From: Candidatus Woesearchaeota archaeon
GTDB taxonomy: Archaea; Nanobdellota; Nanobdellia; Pacearchaeales; GW2011-AR1
Assembly (NCBI GenBank): GCA_964601175.1
Contig: CAZRMJ010000001.1
Span: 11,280 to 75,279, forward strand
Length of the DNA: 64,000 nt
Direction of reading: 5' to 3'
Made by a program: the position numbers and the translations under genes. The notes under the pieces are model-generated. The model searched no databases, was not told the DNA's origin, and worked only from the letters and a program-made list of their open reading frames with translations. This document shows, piece by piece, positions 53,398 through 62,869 of the stretch; position 1 is the first letter of the stretch; every line of letters begins with the position of its first letter.

Positions 53398-55070
53398 AGA
53401 GAATTATCTTTTAGTCTTTCTTGTATCTGTTTAACATGAAGTCTTCCTTCTTCCTTTAATATTTTTCTGTTAAATTTATCTCTAACAAGCATACTTGCCA
53501 TAAAATCTCCCCCCAAATAATGAGGAGTTATTACATAATCTGCTCCACTATTGTAAAGATCTATTGCATTATGAATTTGATTAGAAGTAGATATAAACGA
53601 ACATTCTTTATTATCAATAGATTTCAAAATACTAATATTTGTTGAATAATCTGGAATTGTAGAAATAATCATTTTTGCAGAATTTATCTTTATACTCTTC
53701 AGAAAGTCGTAGTCATTAGCATCCCCATAGACACAATTAATTCCTTTCTTAGAAAGATTCATTATAGTCACAGGATTATAATCCACAACTAAATATTTCT
53801 TCTTAGTCAAATTAAATGCCTTAACCAAATTAAATCCTAAACGACTATATCCAAAAAGAACTATGTCGTACTTTCCTACATTGTTATTAGAGTCCAAACT
53901 TCTTCTTTTGCCATCAAATAGTCCCAAAAATCTAGAGACATAACCATAAATCTGGTTAGAGAAATAAATTGCATAACTACTCAATGAAACAGTAATCAAA
54001 GTGACTAATATAGTCAAAGAAAATATCGACTGAGGGATGTGACCTAAACTATATCCCATTAATACAACTATCAAAGAAAACTCGCTAACTTGAGTCAAAC
54101 TAGTGCCTACCATAAAATTAGTTCTCTTCTTGAATCCAAAAGATCTAGTTAAACCCATTACAATAAATGGCTTAATTATTAATATAAAAGAAGAAAATAT
54201 CAAAGCATCTTTAATCAAATTAGAAGATATTGGAGAAGTTAATTGAGCTCCAAAATAAACAAAAAATAAGATTACAAAAAAGTCTCTTATTCCTTTTACT
54301 TTAGATTTTATCTCTAAATTATATTTAGAAGAAGCAATTACCATTCCAGCAATTAAAGCTCCTATCTCTGCAGATAAGTTCATTATTTCAAATAAAGCAG
54401 AAATTACTAAAGCCCATCCTATGCTTACTAAGAAAAGAACTTCTTGATTTTTCGCAGCAAAACTCAATGCTCTTGAGAATATCAACTTACCAACAAAAAC
54501 AACTAAAATGATCATTAGAACAAATCTCAATATCTGTGAAAATATTAGTGAGATTCCCCCAGTAGAAACAACAGGTATAACCATAAGAGCAATAGCAGCA
54601 ATAAAGCTCTCTACAATCAATATGCCTAAAGCAATCTGTCCATGAAGAGTCTCCATTTCTTTCTTATCTGAAAGTATCTTCACAACAACTACTGCGCTTG
54701 AAAAAGAAAATGCAAGAGCAATATACAAAGAATGAATTATACTAAATCCTAAAAAGTGGGCAATTAGAAAACTAGCAGAGCAAACTATTGCGACAGTAGA
54801 AATACCTCCAACTATAGAAGCACCCCCTATATTCTTTATTATCCTAAAATCAAGGCTAGTACCTATAATAAATAAAAGCAATGCAATCCCGACAGTAGAT
54901 AAAGATTTCAAATAAGTAGAAGTATCTATTAAATTCAAGAAAAGAGGACTAACAACAACTCCTGTAAGAAGATAAGCAACTATCAATGGTTGTCTTATCG
55001 ACCTACCTATAAAAGCTATAATAGCAGCTATTCCAACAACAATTCCTATCTGTGAAAGTAAACTATCCAT
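53394..55070 (-). CDS. CPA2-family cation:proton antiporter (Kef-type) with C-terminal RCK/TrkA-N domain
   Basis: 558 aa. About 12 TM, then a Rossmann-like stretch YDIVLFGYSRLG. Confidence 0.9.
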   Translation of the reverse strand: MDSLLSQIGIVVGIAAIIAFIGRSIRQPLIVAYLLTGVVVSPLFLNLIDTSTYLKSLSTVGIALLLFIIGTSLDFRIIKNIGGASIVGGISTVAIVCSASFLIAHFLGFSIIHSLYIALAFSFSSAVVVVKILSDKKEMETLHGQIALGILIVESFIAAIALMVIPVVSTGGISLIFSQILRFVLMIILVVFVGKLIFSRALSFAAKNQEVLFLVSIGWALVISALFEIMNLSAEIGALIAGMVIASSKYNLEIKSKVKGIRDFFVILFFVYFGAQLTSPISSNLIKDALIFSSFILIIKPFIVMGLTRSFGFKKRTNFMVGTSLTQVSEFSLIVVLMGYSLGHIPQSIFSLTILVTLITVSLSSYAIYFSNQIYGYVSRFLGLFDGKRRSLDSNNNVGKYDIVLFGYSRLGFNLVKAFNLTKKKYLVVDYNPVTIMNLSKKGINCVYGDANDYDFLKSIKINSAKMIISTIPDYSTNISILKSIDNKECSFISTSNQIHNAIDLYNSGADYVITPHYLGGDFMASMLVRDKFNRKILKEEGRLHVKQIQERLKDNSL

Positions 55071-55221
55071 CTCTTTTATTTATTAAGAACTAAAACAATT
55101 TTAAATGTATGGTTAATAAGTATTATAAACCATGATTAAGAGCTAAAACTATCATATTCATCTCCTAAACTGAGATGAAAGAGCCTGGTTTTCGCGGCGG
55201 AGCCAGGCCCACATCTTAATG

Positions 55222-55231
55222 TTTAAATATA
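55222..55231 (+). promoter_or_regulatory. TATA box (TTTAAATATA)
   Basis: Centred about 25 nt upstream of ATG 55251. Confidence 0.45.
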
Positions 55232-55250
55232 AGATATTCCATAATAAAAC

Positions 55251-55355
55251 ATGACAGATCAAAATAAGGAAAAAAAGAAGTCAAATAACGAAAAGAAATC
55301 TAAGGAAAACAAGAAAGACTCTCAAAAAGACAAGCATGCTTGTGAATTCTGTTAA
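55251..55355 (+). CDS. 34-aa Lys-rich micro-ORF ending HACEFC
   Basis: My translation: MTDQNKEKKKSNNEKKSKENKKDSQKDKHACEFC. Well-placed TATA box. Below the ORF-track size cutoff. Confidence 0.3.
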   Translation: MTDQNKEKKKSNNEKKSKENKKDSQKDKHACEFC

Positions 55356-55416
55356 TAGATCTTTAATCTAAACTTGAAGCGAAGCCTTTTTAAACCACTT
55401 TTTACTCTCTGCATCC

Positions 55417-55725
55417 ATGGGAGTAGTAAGAATAAAATTAAGCAGCATTGACATAGGTCAGTTGAACTCAGTTATCGACATGATCAAAGATCTTTCTAAC
55501 AAATCCGGAATAAATATGCGCGGACCAATCCCATTGCCAACAAGACACATGAAAGTAACCACAAGAAAATCTCCTTGTGGTAACGGAACAGCAACATTTG
55601 ACAGATTTGAGATGCGTGTTCACAAAAGGATAATAGACATTCCAGCACAAGACAGAGTGTTAAGACCATTAATGATGCTAAAGATTCCTAGATCTGTTCA
55701 GATCAAGATAGACATTAAAGAATAA
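55417..55725 (+). CDS. rps10: Ribosomal protein S10
   Basis: 102 aa. RIKLSS...GPIPLPT...FEMRVHKRIIDI pattern. TATA-like TTTTTAAAC at 55387-55395. Confidence 0.95.
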   Translation: MGVVRIKLSSIDIGQLNSVIDMIKDLSNKSGINMRGPIPLPTRHMKVTTRKSPCGNGTATFDRFEMRVHKRIIDIPAQDRVLRPLMMLKIPRSVQIKIDIKE

Positions 55726-55754
55726 GCTTATAATTAGAATTTCTATTAATCCTT

Positions 55755-56783
55755 ATGGAAAAAGTGGTCATAATAGGAGGAGGTTTTGCAGGTACTACTG
55801 CTGCTAAAGCCCTTGATGGAAAATGCGATCTTACTTTAATAGATACAGAAGATTTCTTTGAATATACTCCTGGAATATTAAGAGTTCTTGTAGAACCAGA
55901 GCATTACAAAAAACTACATGCTAAACATAAAGATTACTTGAAGCAAACAAAAATAGCACTAGGACACGTAACTAAAATATCAGATAATGAAATAATATTA
56001 GCAGATAATAAAAAAGTAAAATATGATTACTTAATCATTGCATCAGGAAGTAGCTATAATTCTCCAATAAAAGAAGAGGATACTTTTTTTGCAACAAGAG
56101 TCAAACACCTTTTAGACGCACATAAAAAAATACAAGAATCAAAAAGCATAACTGTAGTTGGAGGAGGCATAGTCGGAGTAGAATTAGCAGCAGAACTAGC
56201 AACACATTACAAAGAAAAAGATATCACTTTGATACACTCACACCAAAGATTAATGGAAAGAAATAACAAAAAAACAAGCATTTACGCTGAAAAATTCTTG
56301 AAAAAATATAGAGTAAAAATAATATTTAATGAAAAAATAATAAAAAAAGAAGGTAAAAAACTGATCTCTCAATCGGGAAAACAATATAATTCAGATGCAT
56401 CATTTTTCACAGTTGGAATAAAACTAAACATATCTTTTATGCAAGATAATTTCTCTAAATATGTAGACAAAGGAATACTAGTTAATGAATATCTGCAAAT
56501 TCCTGATAAAAAGAATATTTTCGTTGCAGGAGATGTAACTAATATAATTGAAGAAAAGACTGCTCAAAATGCAGAGCATCATGGTAAAATAGCTGCATCA
56601 AATGTCTTAGCAACAATAAAAAACAAAGAAATGAAAAAATATGAATCCAAAAAAAGACTAATTGTTATTTCTTTAGGAAAGAATTGTGGAATCATAGAAA
56701 ACGGAAGATTAACAGTAACTGGATGGATCCCTTCAATACTTAAAATAATCATAGAAAAAATGGTTATGTCCAGTTTTAGATAA
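55755..56783 (+). CDS. FAD-dependent pyridine nucleotide-disulfide oxidoreductase (NDH-2/AIF-like)
   Basis: 342 aa. VVIIGGGFAGTTAA and VVGGGIVGVELAAEL dinucleotide folds, plus FVAGDV. Confidence 0.85.
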   Translation: MEKVVIIGGGFAGTTAAKALDGKCDLTLIDTEDFFEYTPGILRVLVEPEHYKKLHAKHKDYLKQTKIALGHVTKISDNEIILADNKKVKYDYLIIASGSSYNSPIKEEDTFFATRVKHLLDAHKKIQESKSITVVGGGIVGVELAAELATHYKEKDITLIHSHQRLMERNNKKTSIYAEKFLKKYRVKIIFNEKIIKKEGKKLISQSGKQYNSDASFFTVGIKLNISFMQDNFSKYVDKGILVNEYLQIPDKKNIFVAGDVTNIIEEKTAQNAEHHGKIAASNVLATIKNKEMKKYESKKRLIVISLGKNCGIIENGRLTVTGWIPSILKIIIEKMVMSSFR

Positions 56784-56815
56784 ATGCTTAAATATCCTAC
56801 ATTATTTTCAGAAGC

Positions 56816-57436
56816 ATGGGAATGGGAGATGAAATTCTTGTTGTTAAAAGAGATGTTTTGTTCAAAAATGATAATTTTGAAGGATTTATAGACTCTACAA
56901 AGAAAAATTTTATAGACTTAATTCTAAAAAATATAGAATATAAAATAAGAAGCAATGAACTAGAAAACGATAATAAGTGGCAACAACCAATTCCTTACGT
57001 TTGGCTTTTGAATCCTGAAACCAAAATGGTTTTTTTGTACAAGCGATCTAAAACAGGAAATGAAGGGAGATTATATGATAAGATATCTGGAGGAGTGGGC
57101 GGACACATAGATAAAAAAGAGCTTGTGGAAAACAATATAGACCCAATAACTCAAGCAATGATGCGAGAGTTAATGGAAGAAACAGTGATGGAAGAATATC
57201 CAAAACCTAAGATTATAGGTTATCTAAATTATAATTCAGGAGTAGAAGATGTACATTTTGGAATTGTTGCAATAGGCGAAACAACAAATGAAGTAAAACC
57301 TGCAGAAGATATGACTCATGGACAATTTTATTCAATAGATGAAGTTGAAGAAATATTTGATGCTAAAAAAGACCAAGTAGAAAAATGGACCTTAGCTTCT
57401 TGGCAATTCATCAAAGATTATCTGAATAAACTTTAA
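56816..57436 (+). CDS. NUDIX hydrolase
   Basis: 206 aa. Nudix box GGVGGHIDKKELVENNIDPITQAMMRELMEE. Confidence 0.8.
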   Translation: MGMGDEILVVKRDVLFKNDNFEGFIDSTKKNFIDLILKNIEYKIRSNELENDNKWQQPIPYVWLLNPETKMVFLYKRSKTGNEGRLYDKISGGVGGHIDKKELVENNIDPITQAMMRELMEETVMEEYPKPKIIGYLNYNSGVEDVHFGIVAIGETTNEVKPAEDMTHGQFYSIDEVEEIFDAKKDQVEKWTLASWQFIKDYLNKL

Positions 57437-57623
57437 TAAAAATCAGAAATCAAAAAATCGATGCACCATTTAAACCAGGGTAAGGGGTTTAGCGATACTC
57501 GATTTTTGGATGTTCGAAGTGTTTATCACACATTTTTATGGAAACACTTGCGACATAATATACATTCCAAAATATACTTGCAAAGCAAATCTCCTTTAAA
57601 AATAAACAAATTAAATATGATTT

Positions 57624-58283
57624 ATGGTCGCAGGACTCTTTGTAGCATTTGAAGGTGTTGATGGCTCTGGTAAGACAACACAAATTGGAAGAGTTGCTGA
57701 AGCTATAAAATCCTGGGAAAAATACCAAGATGTAATTTTAACAGGAGAGCCCACATATAGAGCAAAAAAAATAATAAGAGCCCTAAGGACAGAGGGGAAT
57801 CCATTTTCACATCCTGAAATAATGGCTCAAGAATTTGTAGAAGATAGAAGAGCCCATTATTCTGGTTTAATAAGAGGAGATTTGGTTAATAGAAGAGTAG
57901 TTCTATGTGACAGGTTTTCTATGTCCACGATAGCATATCAGTCAGTACAAGGAGTCCCAATAGAAAGGTTAATTGAAATGCACGAAGAAAATTTAATCGG
58001 TACTCCTGATATTACGTTTTACATTGCAATTAGTGCTGATACTGCAATAGAAAGAATGAAACTTAGAAGTGCACCAAAAGAAAAATTTGAGAATCATAGT
58101 TTCATAAGAGATTTAGTAACAAGATATGAAGAAATATATCAAATGTTGCAAGAAGGCAAAAACCCAAAACTAAATAATCTACTTGGGAGAGTCATTAGAT
58201 TAAATGGAGAAATTTCAATGCCGGAAGTAACTCATTCCATGACCAATCTAATTGAACCAATTTACCTCGGGAATAAAGAATAA
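57624..58283 (+). CDS. tmk: Thymidylate kinase
   Basis: 219 aa. FVAFEGVDGSGKTTQ P-loop and the CDRF motif. Confidence 0.9.
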   Translation: MVAGLFVAFEGVDGSGKTTQIGRVAEAIKSWEKYQDVILTGEPTYRAKKIIRALRTEGNPFSHPEIMAQEFVEDRRAHYSGLIRGDLVNRRVVLCDRFSMSTIAYQSVQGVPIERLIEMHEENLIGTPDITFYIAISADTAIERMKLRSAPKEKFENHSFIRDLVTRYEEIYQMLQEGKNPKLNNLLGRVIRLNGEISMPEVTHSMTNLIEPIYLGNKE

Positions 58284-58330
58284 ACAAATTCTAGGAATGT
58301 TTAAAACACCTTATTTCTAAAAAGCATTAA

Positions 58331-58413
58331 GCCCGGATGGCGCAGTGGTTACCGCGTTGGTTTGGAGAACCAATTTCCGCAAGGATTCCCAGGTTCAAAT
58401 CCTGGTCCGGGCG
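58331..58413 (+). tRNA. tRNA-Ser (GGA), long variable arm
   Basis: GCCCGGA...TTGGT TTGGAGA ACCAA + variable arm + CCAGG TTCAAAT CCTGG TCCGGGC G. 83 nt. Confidence 0.9.
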
Positions 58414-58439
58414 TCCGTATTTTGTTATTTTCATATTAT

Positions 58440-58694
58440 CTAATCTTCAACCCATCCCATTTCATCATACTTTTTATCATCTAAAATTTCATAACCTTCT
58501 TTAGTACCAATTGCACCATATATTTGATTATCCCTTATCTCAATTTTAACCAAACCCATTTCTTCAAGTTTAAGGAAAATTCTCATATATTTCTTAAGAT
58601 CTTCCGGAGTTCCATTTGATGCTCTGATAGGATCGCTTTGCCATGATCTGCATATGTTCCAAAGAGTCTGAAATTCTTCTTTAGTTATTTCCAT
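58440..58694 (-). CDS. Hypothetical protein
   Basis: 84-aa ORF. Confidence 0.45.
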   Translation of the reverse strand: MEITKEEFQTLWNICRSWQSDPIRASNGTPEDLKKYMRIFLKLEEMGLVKIEIRDNQIYGAIGTKEGYEILDDKKYDEMGWVED

Positions 58695-58775
58695 AATTTT
58701 TAGAAATTATAATGGTATAAATGATTTTCTGTGACCTTCTATTTAATTTATTAATGCCTTATGATTTATTGTTAG

Positions 58776-59216
58776 ATGAAAAGATCAACATATAATTTTA
58801 ATAAAGAACTTTTATTCGCCGAAATTGGGGCAGTTATTGGAGCTCCTTTATTGCCTTTTATTATTACTCTTCTAACTGATGATCATATAGTTTTGTCAGT
58901 TCTTACAGTTATAGGCGCTCAGGCTGGGGCAACAACTATTTGGTTAATTACTAGGATATATAATCAAAAAATTGGGAATATATTTAGTGTTAAAAAGTTG
59001 GCAAGAGATATAGCTTATTTTACCCCTGCTGCCTTTTTGATAGCAAGTATAACTTACTATCCAACTCTTTATTTTACTACACATTACTTTCTTGAACAAA
59101 AAGAGCATATATTACTTGCAGCTATGTTGGGAGAGATCTTGGCGTTTGTACTTTTTATGACTGCAATTAATGTTTATAGAATATATCTTATAAAATATTA
59201 TGATGTGGAACTATAG
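58776..59216 (+). CDS. Membrane protein (4 TM)
   Basis: 146 aa. Confidence 0.5.
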   Translation: MKRSTYNFNKELLFAEIGAVIGAPLLPFIITLLTDDHIVLSVLTVIGAQAGATTIWLITRIYNQKIGNIFSVKKLARDIAYFTPAAFLIASITYYPTLYFTTHYFLEQKEHILLAAMLGEILAFVLFMTAINVYRIYLIKYYDVEL

Positions 59217-59229
59217 ATTAGATTTTTAA

Positions 59230-59832
59230 CTAGATTTTATCGTTAATATTACCTATTCCACCAGACATCTTATCCTTTAATGCATGGTATTCTCTTACAT
59301 TTCCAAGTCGGTAATATAAATCCAAAAGCCTGTTCTGAATATCTAATTTTTCACTATGGTTTAGATCTAAAGATAACATTTTTTGATATACTTCTTTTGC
59401 ATTGTTTCTTCTATCATTCTTCATGTACGCTTGAGCTTGTGCAAAATGAAATTGTTTATAGAGTTGTTTCATATCTATTTTTTCTCTATCATTTCCAAGA
59501 GCAAGTGCTTGAACAAATAATCTATCTGCTTCTGTGAAATTATTTCCTCTAATATTAAATTCTACAGACTTCATGAATTGACCTATCTTTTCTTTGTAAG
59601 TTGTAGTTATATCTGCAGCAGCCCTTATTGTTTTAGCTGCATCTAGAAACATTCCTTTTTGTTCGTATATTTTTGTTAATTCTATTAATACGAACTTTCT
59701 TGTATCAAAGTCTAATTGAGATTTAATTGCTCTTTGTAAATATGACATCTTGACATATTCACCCATGGTTTTTATTTTGGCATCTATCTCAGCTCTTGTT
59801 CTTTCAGTTATTGGCTTATCTATTACGTGCAT
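59230..59832 (-). CDS. Hypothetical helical (TPR-like) protein
   Basis: 200-aa ORF. Confidence 0.5.
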   Translation of the reverse strand: MHVIDKPITERTRAEIDAKIKTMGEYVKMSYLQRAIKSQLDFDTRKFVLIELTKIYEQKGMFLDAAKTIRAAADITTTYKEKIGQFMKSVEFNIRGNNFTEADRLFVQALALGNDREKIDMKQLYKQFHFAQAQAYMKNDRRNNAKEVYQKMLSLDLNHSEKLDIQNRLLDLYYRLGNVREYHALKDKMSGGIGNINDKI

Positions 59833-60032
59833 GTCAAGAAAAGCTGGTTTCTATTTATAATGATTATTGTTATAATCTGTATAGAATTAATTAGCAACTA
59901 GAGGTGATTGTTTCATAAAAAGTTCGAAGTATCAAATTGATTTTTCGCTATAAAATAATCTTAAAACCACACCTCTAGATTGAATATTATATTTTATCTA
60001 TGTTAAACTTATATATAAACCTTTGCTTATGT

Positions 60033-62837
60033 CTATTGTGGCAGGATATTCTTGAGATCTTGGCAGAATTGGCAGTTTTTTTCAAAGTCACACATTTTGA
60101 ATCCATTCTTTCTTGCATCAATTATTTTTTTTGCGGTTTGGACAATTTCAGATTTTACTTCATTTAAATCAAAAAGAGTTCTAATACTATGTACTTCTCT
60201 TGCAGTTCCTTTTTCATCAAGGTTAAATTCTAATGGATGTTCTTTTTGGAGCATATCTAAAATTAATTTTTTAGGTTTTCCATATTTTGTTGCAGCTAAA
60301 GCGTATATTCCAAGTTGCCAGTTTCTGTACTTGGGTTTTATTTCATATTTTCCGGTTTTATAATCGATTATGGTTAAATTACCTTCATCATCAAAATCTA
60401 TTCTATCTGCATAACCGTTGAATAAAATGCCATCTATTTCTGTCCTGAGATGTTTTTCAGTCATTGAATTTTGATTATATTTTGATTTATTTCTTTCAAA
60501 GAATACTTTTATCATAAGCATTGCTTCATTCAAGTCTATATTTGGGTATTCAGACATTTGGATTATTTTTGTAAGATCTTCTATTTCTTTCAATGTTTTG
60601 CAATTTTCTTTTACTACTTTATCTAGGACTTTATGGATAAATGTACCTAAAGTTATTGCTTCCCAAGACTCTGGAGCTTTATCTGGCATGTTATACACAT
60701 ATTTCATCTCATATCTTTTTTGACATTCATCAAATGTCTGTAATGCTGAAGGCGAAAATGATATGACTTCTGATTCTTGATTTATTTCTGATGCTGGTTT
60801 AATTTCATCTTTAGGAGATTCATATAGGTCTAAGTCATCTTTAGTGAATTCTATATTTTGGTTTGAGGTGTAATCTATTTCTCTTAGGAATTGGCTTGGT
60901 TCATACTTTCTTTGTCCATATTCTTTAGCATATGTCATGTAAAGTCTTTTCTTGGCCCTAGTTATTCCTACATAAAATAAGCGTCTTTCCTCTTGTATTT
61001 GGGAATCATTATCCTCGGTTTTGGTTTCTGGTCTTTCTATAGGGAATTTTTTTTGAACTAGTGAAGAAATTATTACTGAATCATATTCTAGGCCTTTTGT
61101 TGCATGATTGGTCATTATTTTTATTCCATCATTAATAGTTTCTGGAGCTTCAATGTTTATACCTAGAGAATCTAAGGCGTTTAGATGGTACAATAAACCT
61201 GAAAGATCATTAACTTCGTTTTCAGGAAGATCTTTCACAAAAGAATAGAATTTTTCTAGTGATGGAATTGATTCTTTGTCTTCGAAACCTAGAAGCTCAT
61301 ATAATTTTTTTAATATATCTAGAGGTTTTGACTTAGATATTTCTGATATGCTGTTAATTGTAGCCCTTATTGACTGCAATATCATTGAGTTGTTTTCAGA
61401 TATCTTAAAATCAGTTTTCATAAATTCTTCACAAATGCAATCTTTCTTTTCACGAGACCATTTTTGTATTTCTTTTGTTATTGTTAAATGATCTTTGCTA
61501 TCTTTTATGTTTTGATTAACTATCTCCCATATAGAAGCTTCTCCGCCATTGGATTTGTTTGTTATTTTGTCTGCTATATTGAGATAAGCTCTTATTAGTC
61601 TTATTTTTTGTTCCTTTAGTAGAGATTCTTTATTTGCGCTTATATAAGGTATTTTTTCATAATCTAAATGTTTCTTTAACATCGAAGATTGTTGATGAGT
61701 CCTAAATATTACGCATATTTTGTTTAGAGGGGTATTATTTTCGATTTCTTTTTTTATTATTTCTATTATTTTTCTTACTTCTTCTTTGCTATTTTTTAAT
61801 TCAAAAATATTTATTTTTTCTCCTTCAATATTATAAGCACTTTTAACCTTGAAACATTCTTCTTTATTTTTATAATTGTTTTGTATAAGTTCATGCGCTA
61901 TATCTAAGATTCTATTTGTAGATCTATGTGATTTGTCAAGTTTGAACATTTTATCTTCGGTTAAATTGAAGATTTCTTTGAAATAGTTGAAGTTGTTGGA
62001 GTAAGCACCTCTAAATCCATAAATCGATTGATTTAGGTCTCCAACTACGGTGATATTTCTTTTTCTTGCTATTTTATCTAATAATACACATTGTATTTTA
62101 TTGGTGTCTTGAAATTCATCTACTATTACATAATCAAAATCATCTGCTATTTCAGGATACTTTTCAAATAATTTTAAGGCTTCATTGTGTAGATCTGAGT
62201 AATCAAGTCCGTTGTTTGCTAACTTGAGTTTTTCATACATCTTCCATGTTTGTATCAATTTTGCTTCTTTTATCGTTTTTTCAAGAGCTTCTTTTTTGTT
62301 TTTTAGTTCTAGTATTTGTTCCTTAGATATTTTTTTTATGTGGTTTGTATTTATCTTGAAATTAACTTCTTCAAGTTCTGAGATCAGATTGGAAATTTCA
62401 TTGCTTGAAATTGCTTGCCCATTGAAATCTTCTAATTTTTTACCTAGGTCTTTGTTGGAGGATATTTTTTCTATGTATGAATTGCATAATATGGGGGCTA
62501 TTTTGAAATTTTTGTGCAATAGGATTTTTCCATCATCAGGGGTTATTATCTTAAAATTTTCTTTAATCCCTATTTTGCTTCCATAGGACCTTAATATGTC
62601 TGCGCAAAATCCATGAAATGTTCTTATTAATGGTTCTTTTTGTTTAAGATGAGGAATTATCCTTTCTCTTAAGTTATTTACTGCTTCATTTGAAAATGTT
62701 AAACAAACTACTCTTTCTATAGGATAAGCTGATTTGTTTATTATGTGCTTTAGTTTTTCTATTATGCTATATGTTTTTCCAGTTCCCGCTCCGGCTAAAA
62801 CTGCACATGGACCTTTAAGATTTTCAACATAACTCAT
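60033..62837 (-). CDS. UvrD/PcrA-type SF1 helicase fused to a C-terminal RecB/Cas4-like PD-(D/E)xK nuclease with Cys cluster
   Basis: 934 aa. LAGAGTGKT, VDEFQDTN, GDLNQSIYGFRGA, VGITRAKKRL. Nuclease part: GTFIHKVL, YADRIDF, IIDYKTGK, QLGIYALA. Cys cluster: C in ECQKRY plus CDFEKNCQFC. Confidence 0.9.
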   Translation of the reverse strand: MSYVENLKGPCAVLAGAGTGKTYSIIEKLKHIINKSAYPIERVVCLTFSNEAVNNLRERIIPHLKQKEPLIRTFHGFCADILRSYGSKIGIKENFKIITPDDGKILLHKNFKIAPILCNSYIEKISSNKDLGKKLEDFNGQAISSNEISNLISELEEVNFKINTNHIKKISKEQILELKNKKEALEKTIKEAKLIQTWKMYEKLKLANNGLDYSDLHNEALKLFEKYPEIADDFDYVIVDEFQDTNKIQCVLLDKIARKRNITVVGDLNQSIYGFRGAYSNNFNYFKEIFNLTEDKMFKLDKSHRSTNRILDIAHELIQNNYKNKEECFKVKSAYNIEGEKINIFELKNSKEEVRKIIEIIKKEIENNTPLNKICVIFRTHQQSSMLKKHLDYEKIPYISANKESLLKEQKIRLIRAYLNIADKITNKSNGGEASIWEIVNQNIKDSKDHLTITKEIQKWSREKKDCICEEFMKTDFKISENNSMILQSIRATINSISEISKSKPLDILKKLYELLGFEDKESIPSLEKFYSFVKDLPENEVNDLSGLLYHLNALDSLGINIEAPETINDGIKIMTNHATKGLEYDSVIISSLVQKKFPIERPETKTEDNDSQIQEERRLFYVGITRAKKRLYMTYAKEYGQRKYEPSQFLREIDYTSNQNIEFTKDDLDLYESPKDEIKPASEINQESEVISFSPSALQTFDECQKRYEMKYVYNMPDKAPESWEAITLGTFIHKVLDKVVKENCKTLKEIEDLTKIIQMSEYPNIDLNEAMLMIKVFFERNKSKYNQNSMTEKHLRTEIDGILFNGYADRIDFDDEGNLTIIDYKTGKYEIKPKYRNWQLGIYALAATKYGKPKKLILDMLQKEHPLEFNLDEKGTAREVHSIRTLFDLNEVKSEIVQTAKKIIDARKNGFKMCDFEKNCQFCQDLKNILPQ

Positions 62838-62869
62838 TAATCTAATGAAATCTATCGGTTTATATTATT

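Noticed and set aside
57461-57728. Two mutually overlapping ORFs (63 and 79 aa) in the NUDIX-tmk spacer
   Set aside because: They lie on opposite strands over the same DNA. One runs into the tmk start. They have no SD or TATA support and an odd composition. The region is treated as non-coding.
59898-59978. 9-bp inverted repeat ctagaggtg / cacctctag spanning 63 nt in the 200-bp spacer upstream of the 59230-59832 gene
   Set aside because: It could be the terminal stem of a small RNA. I found no C/D or H/ACA boxes and no second supporting helix. A single 9-bp match in a spacer is weak evidence.
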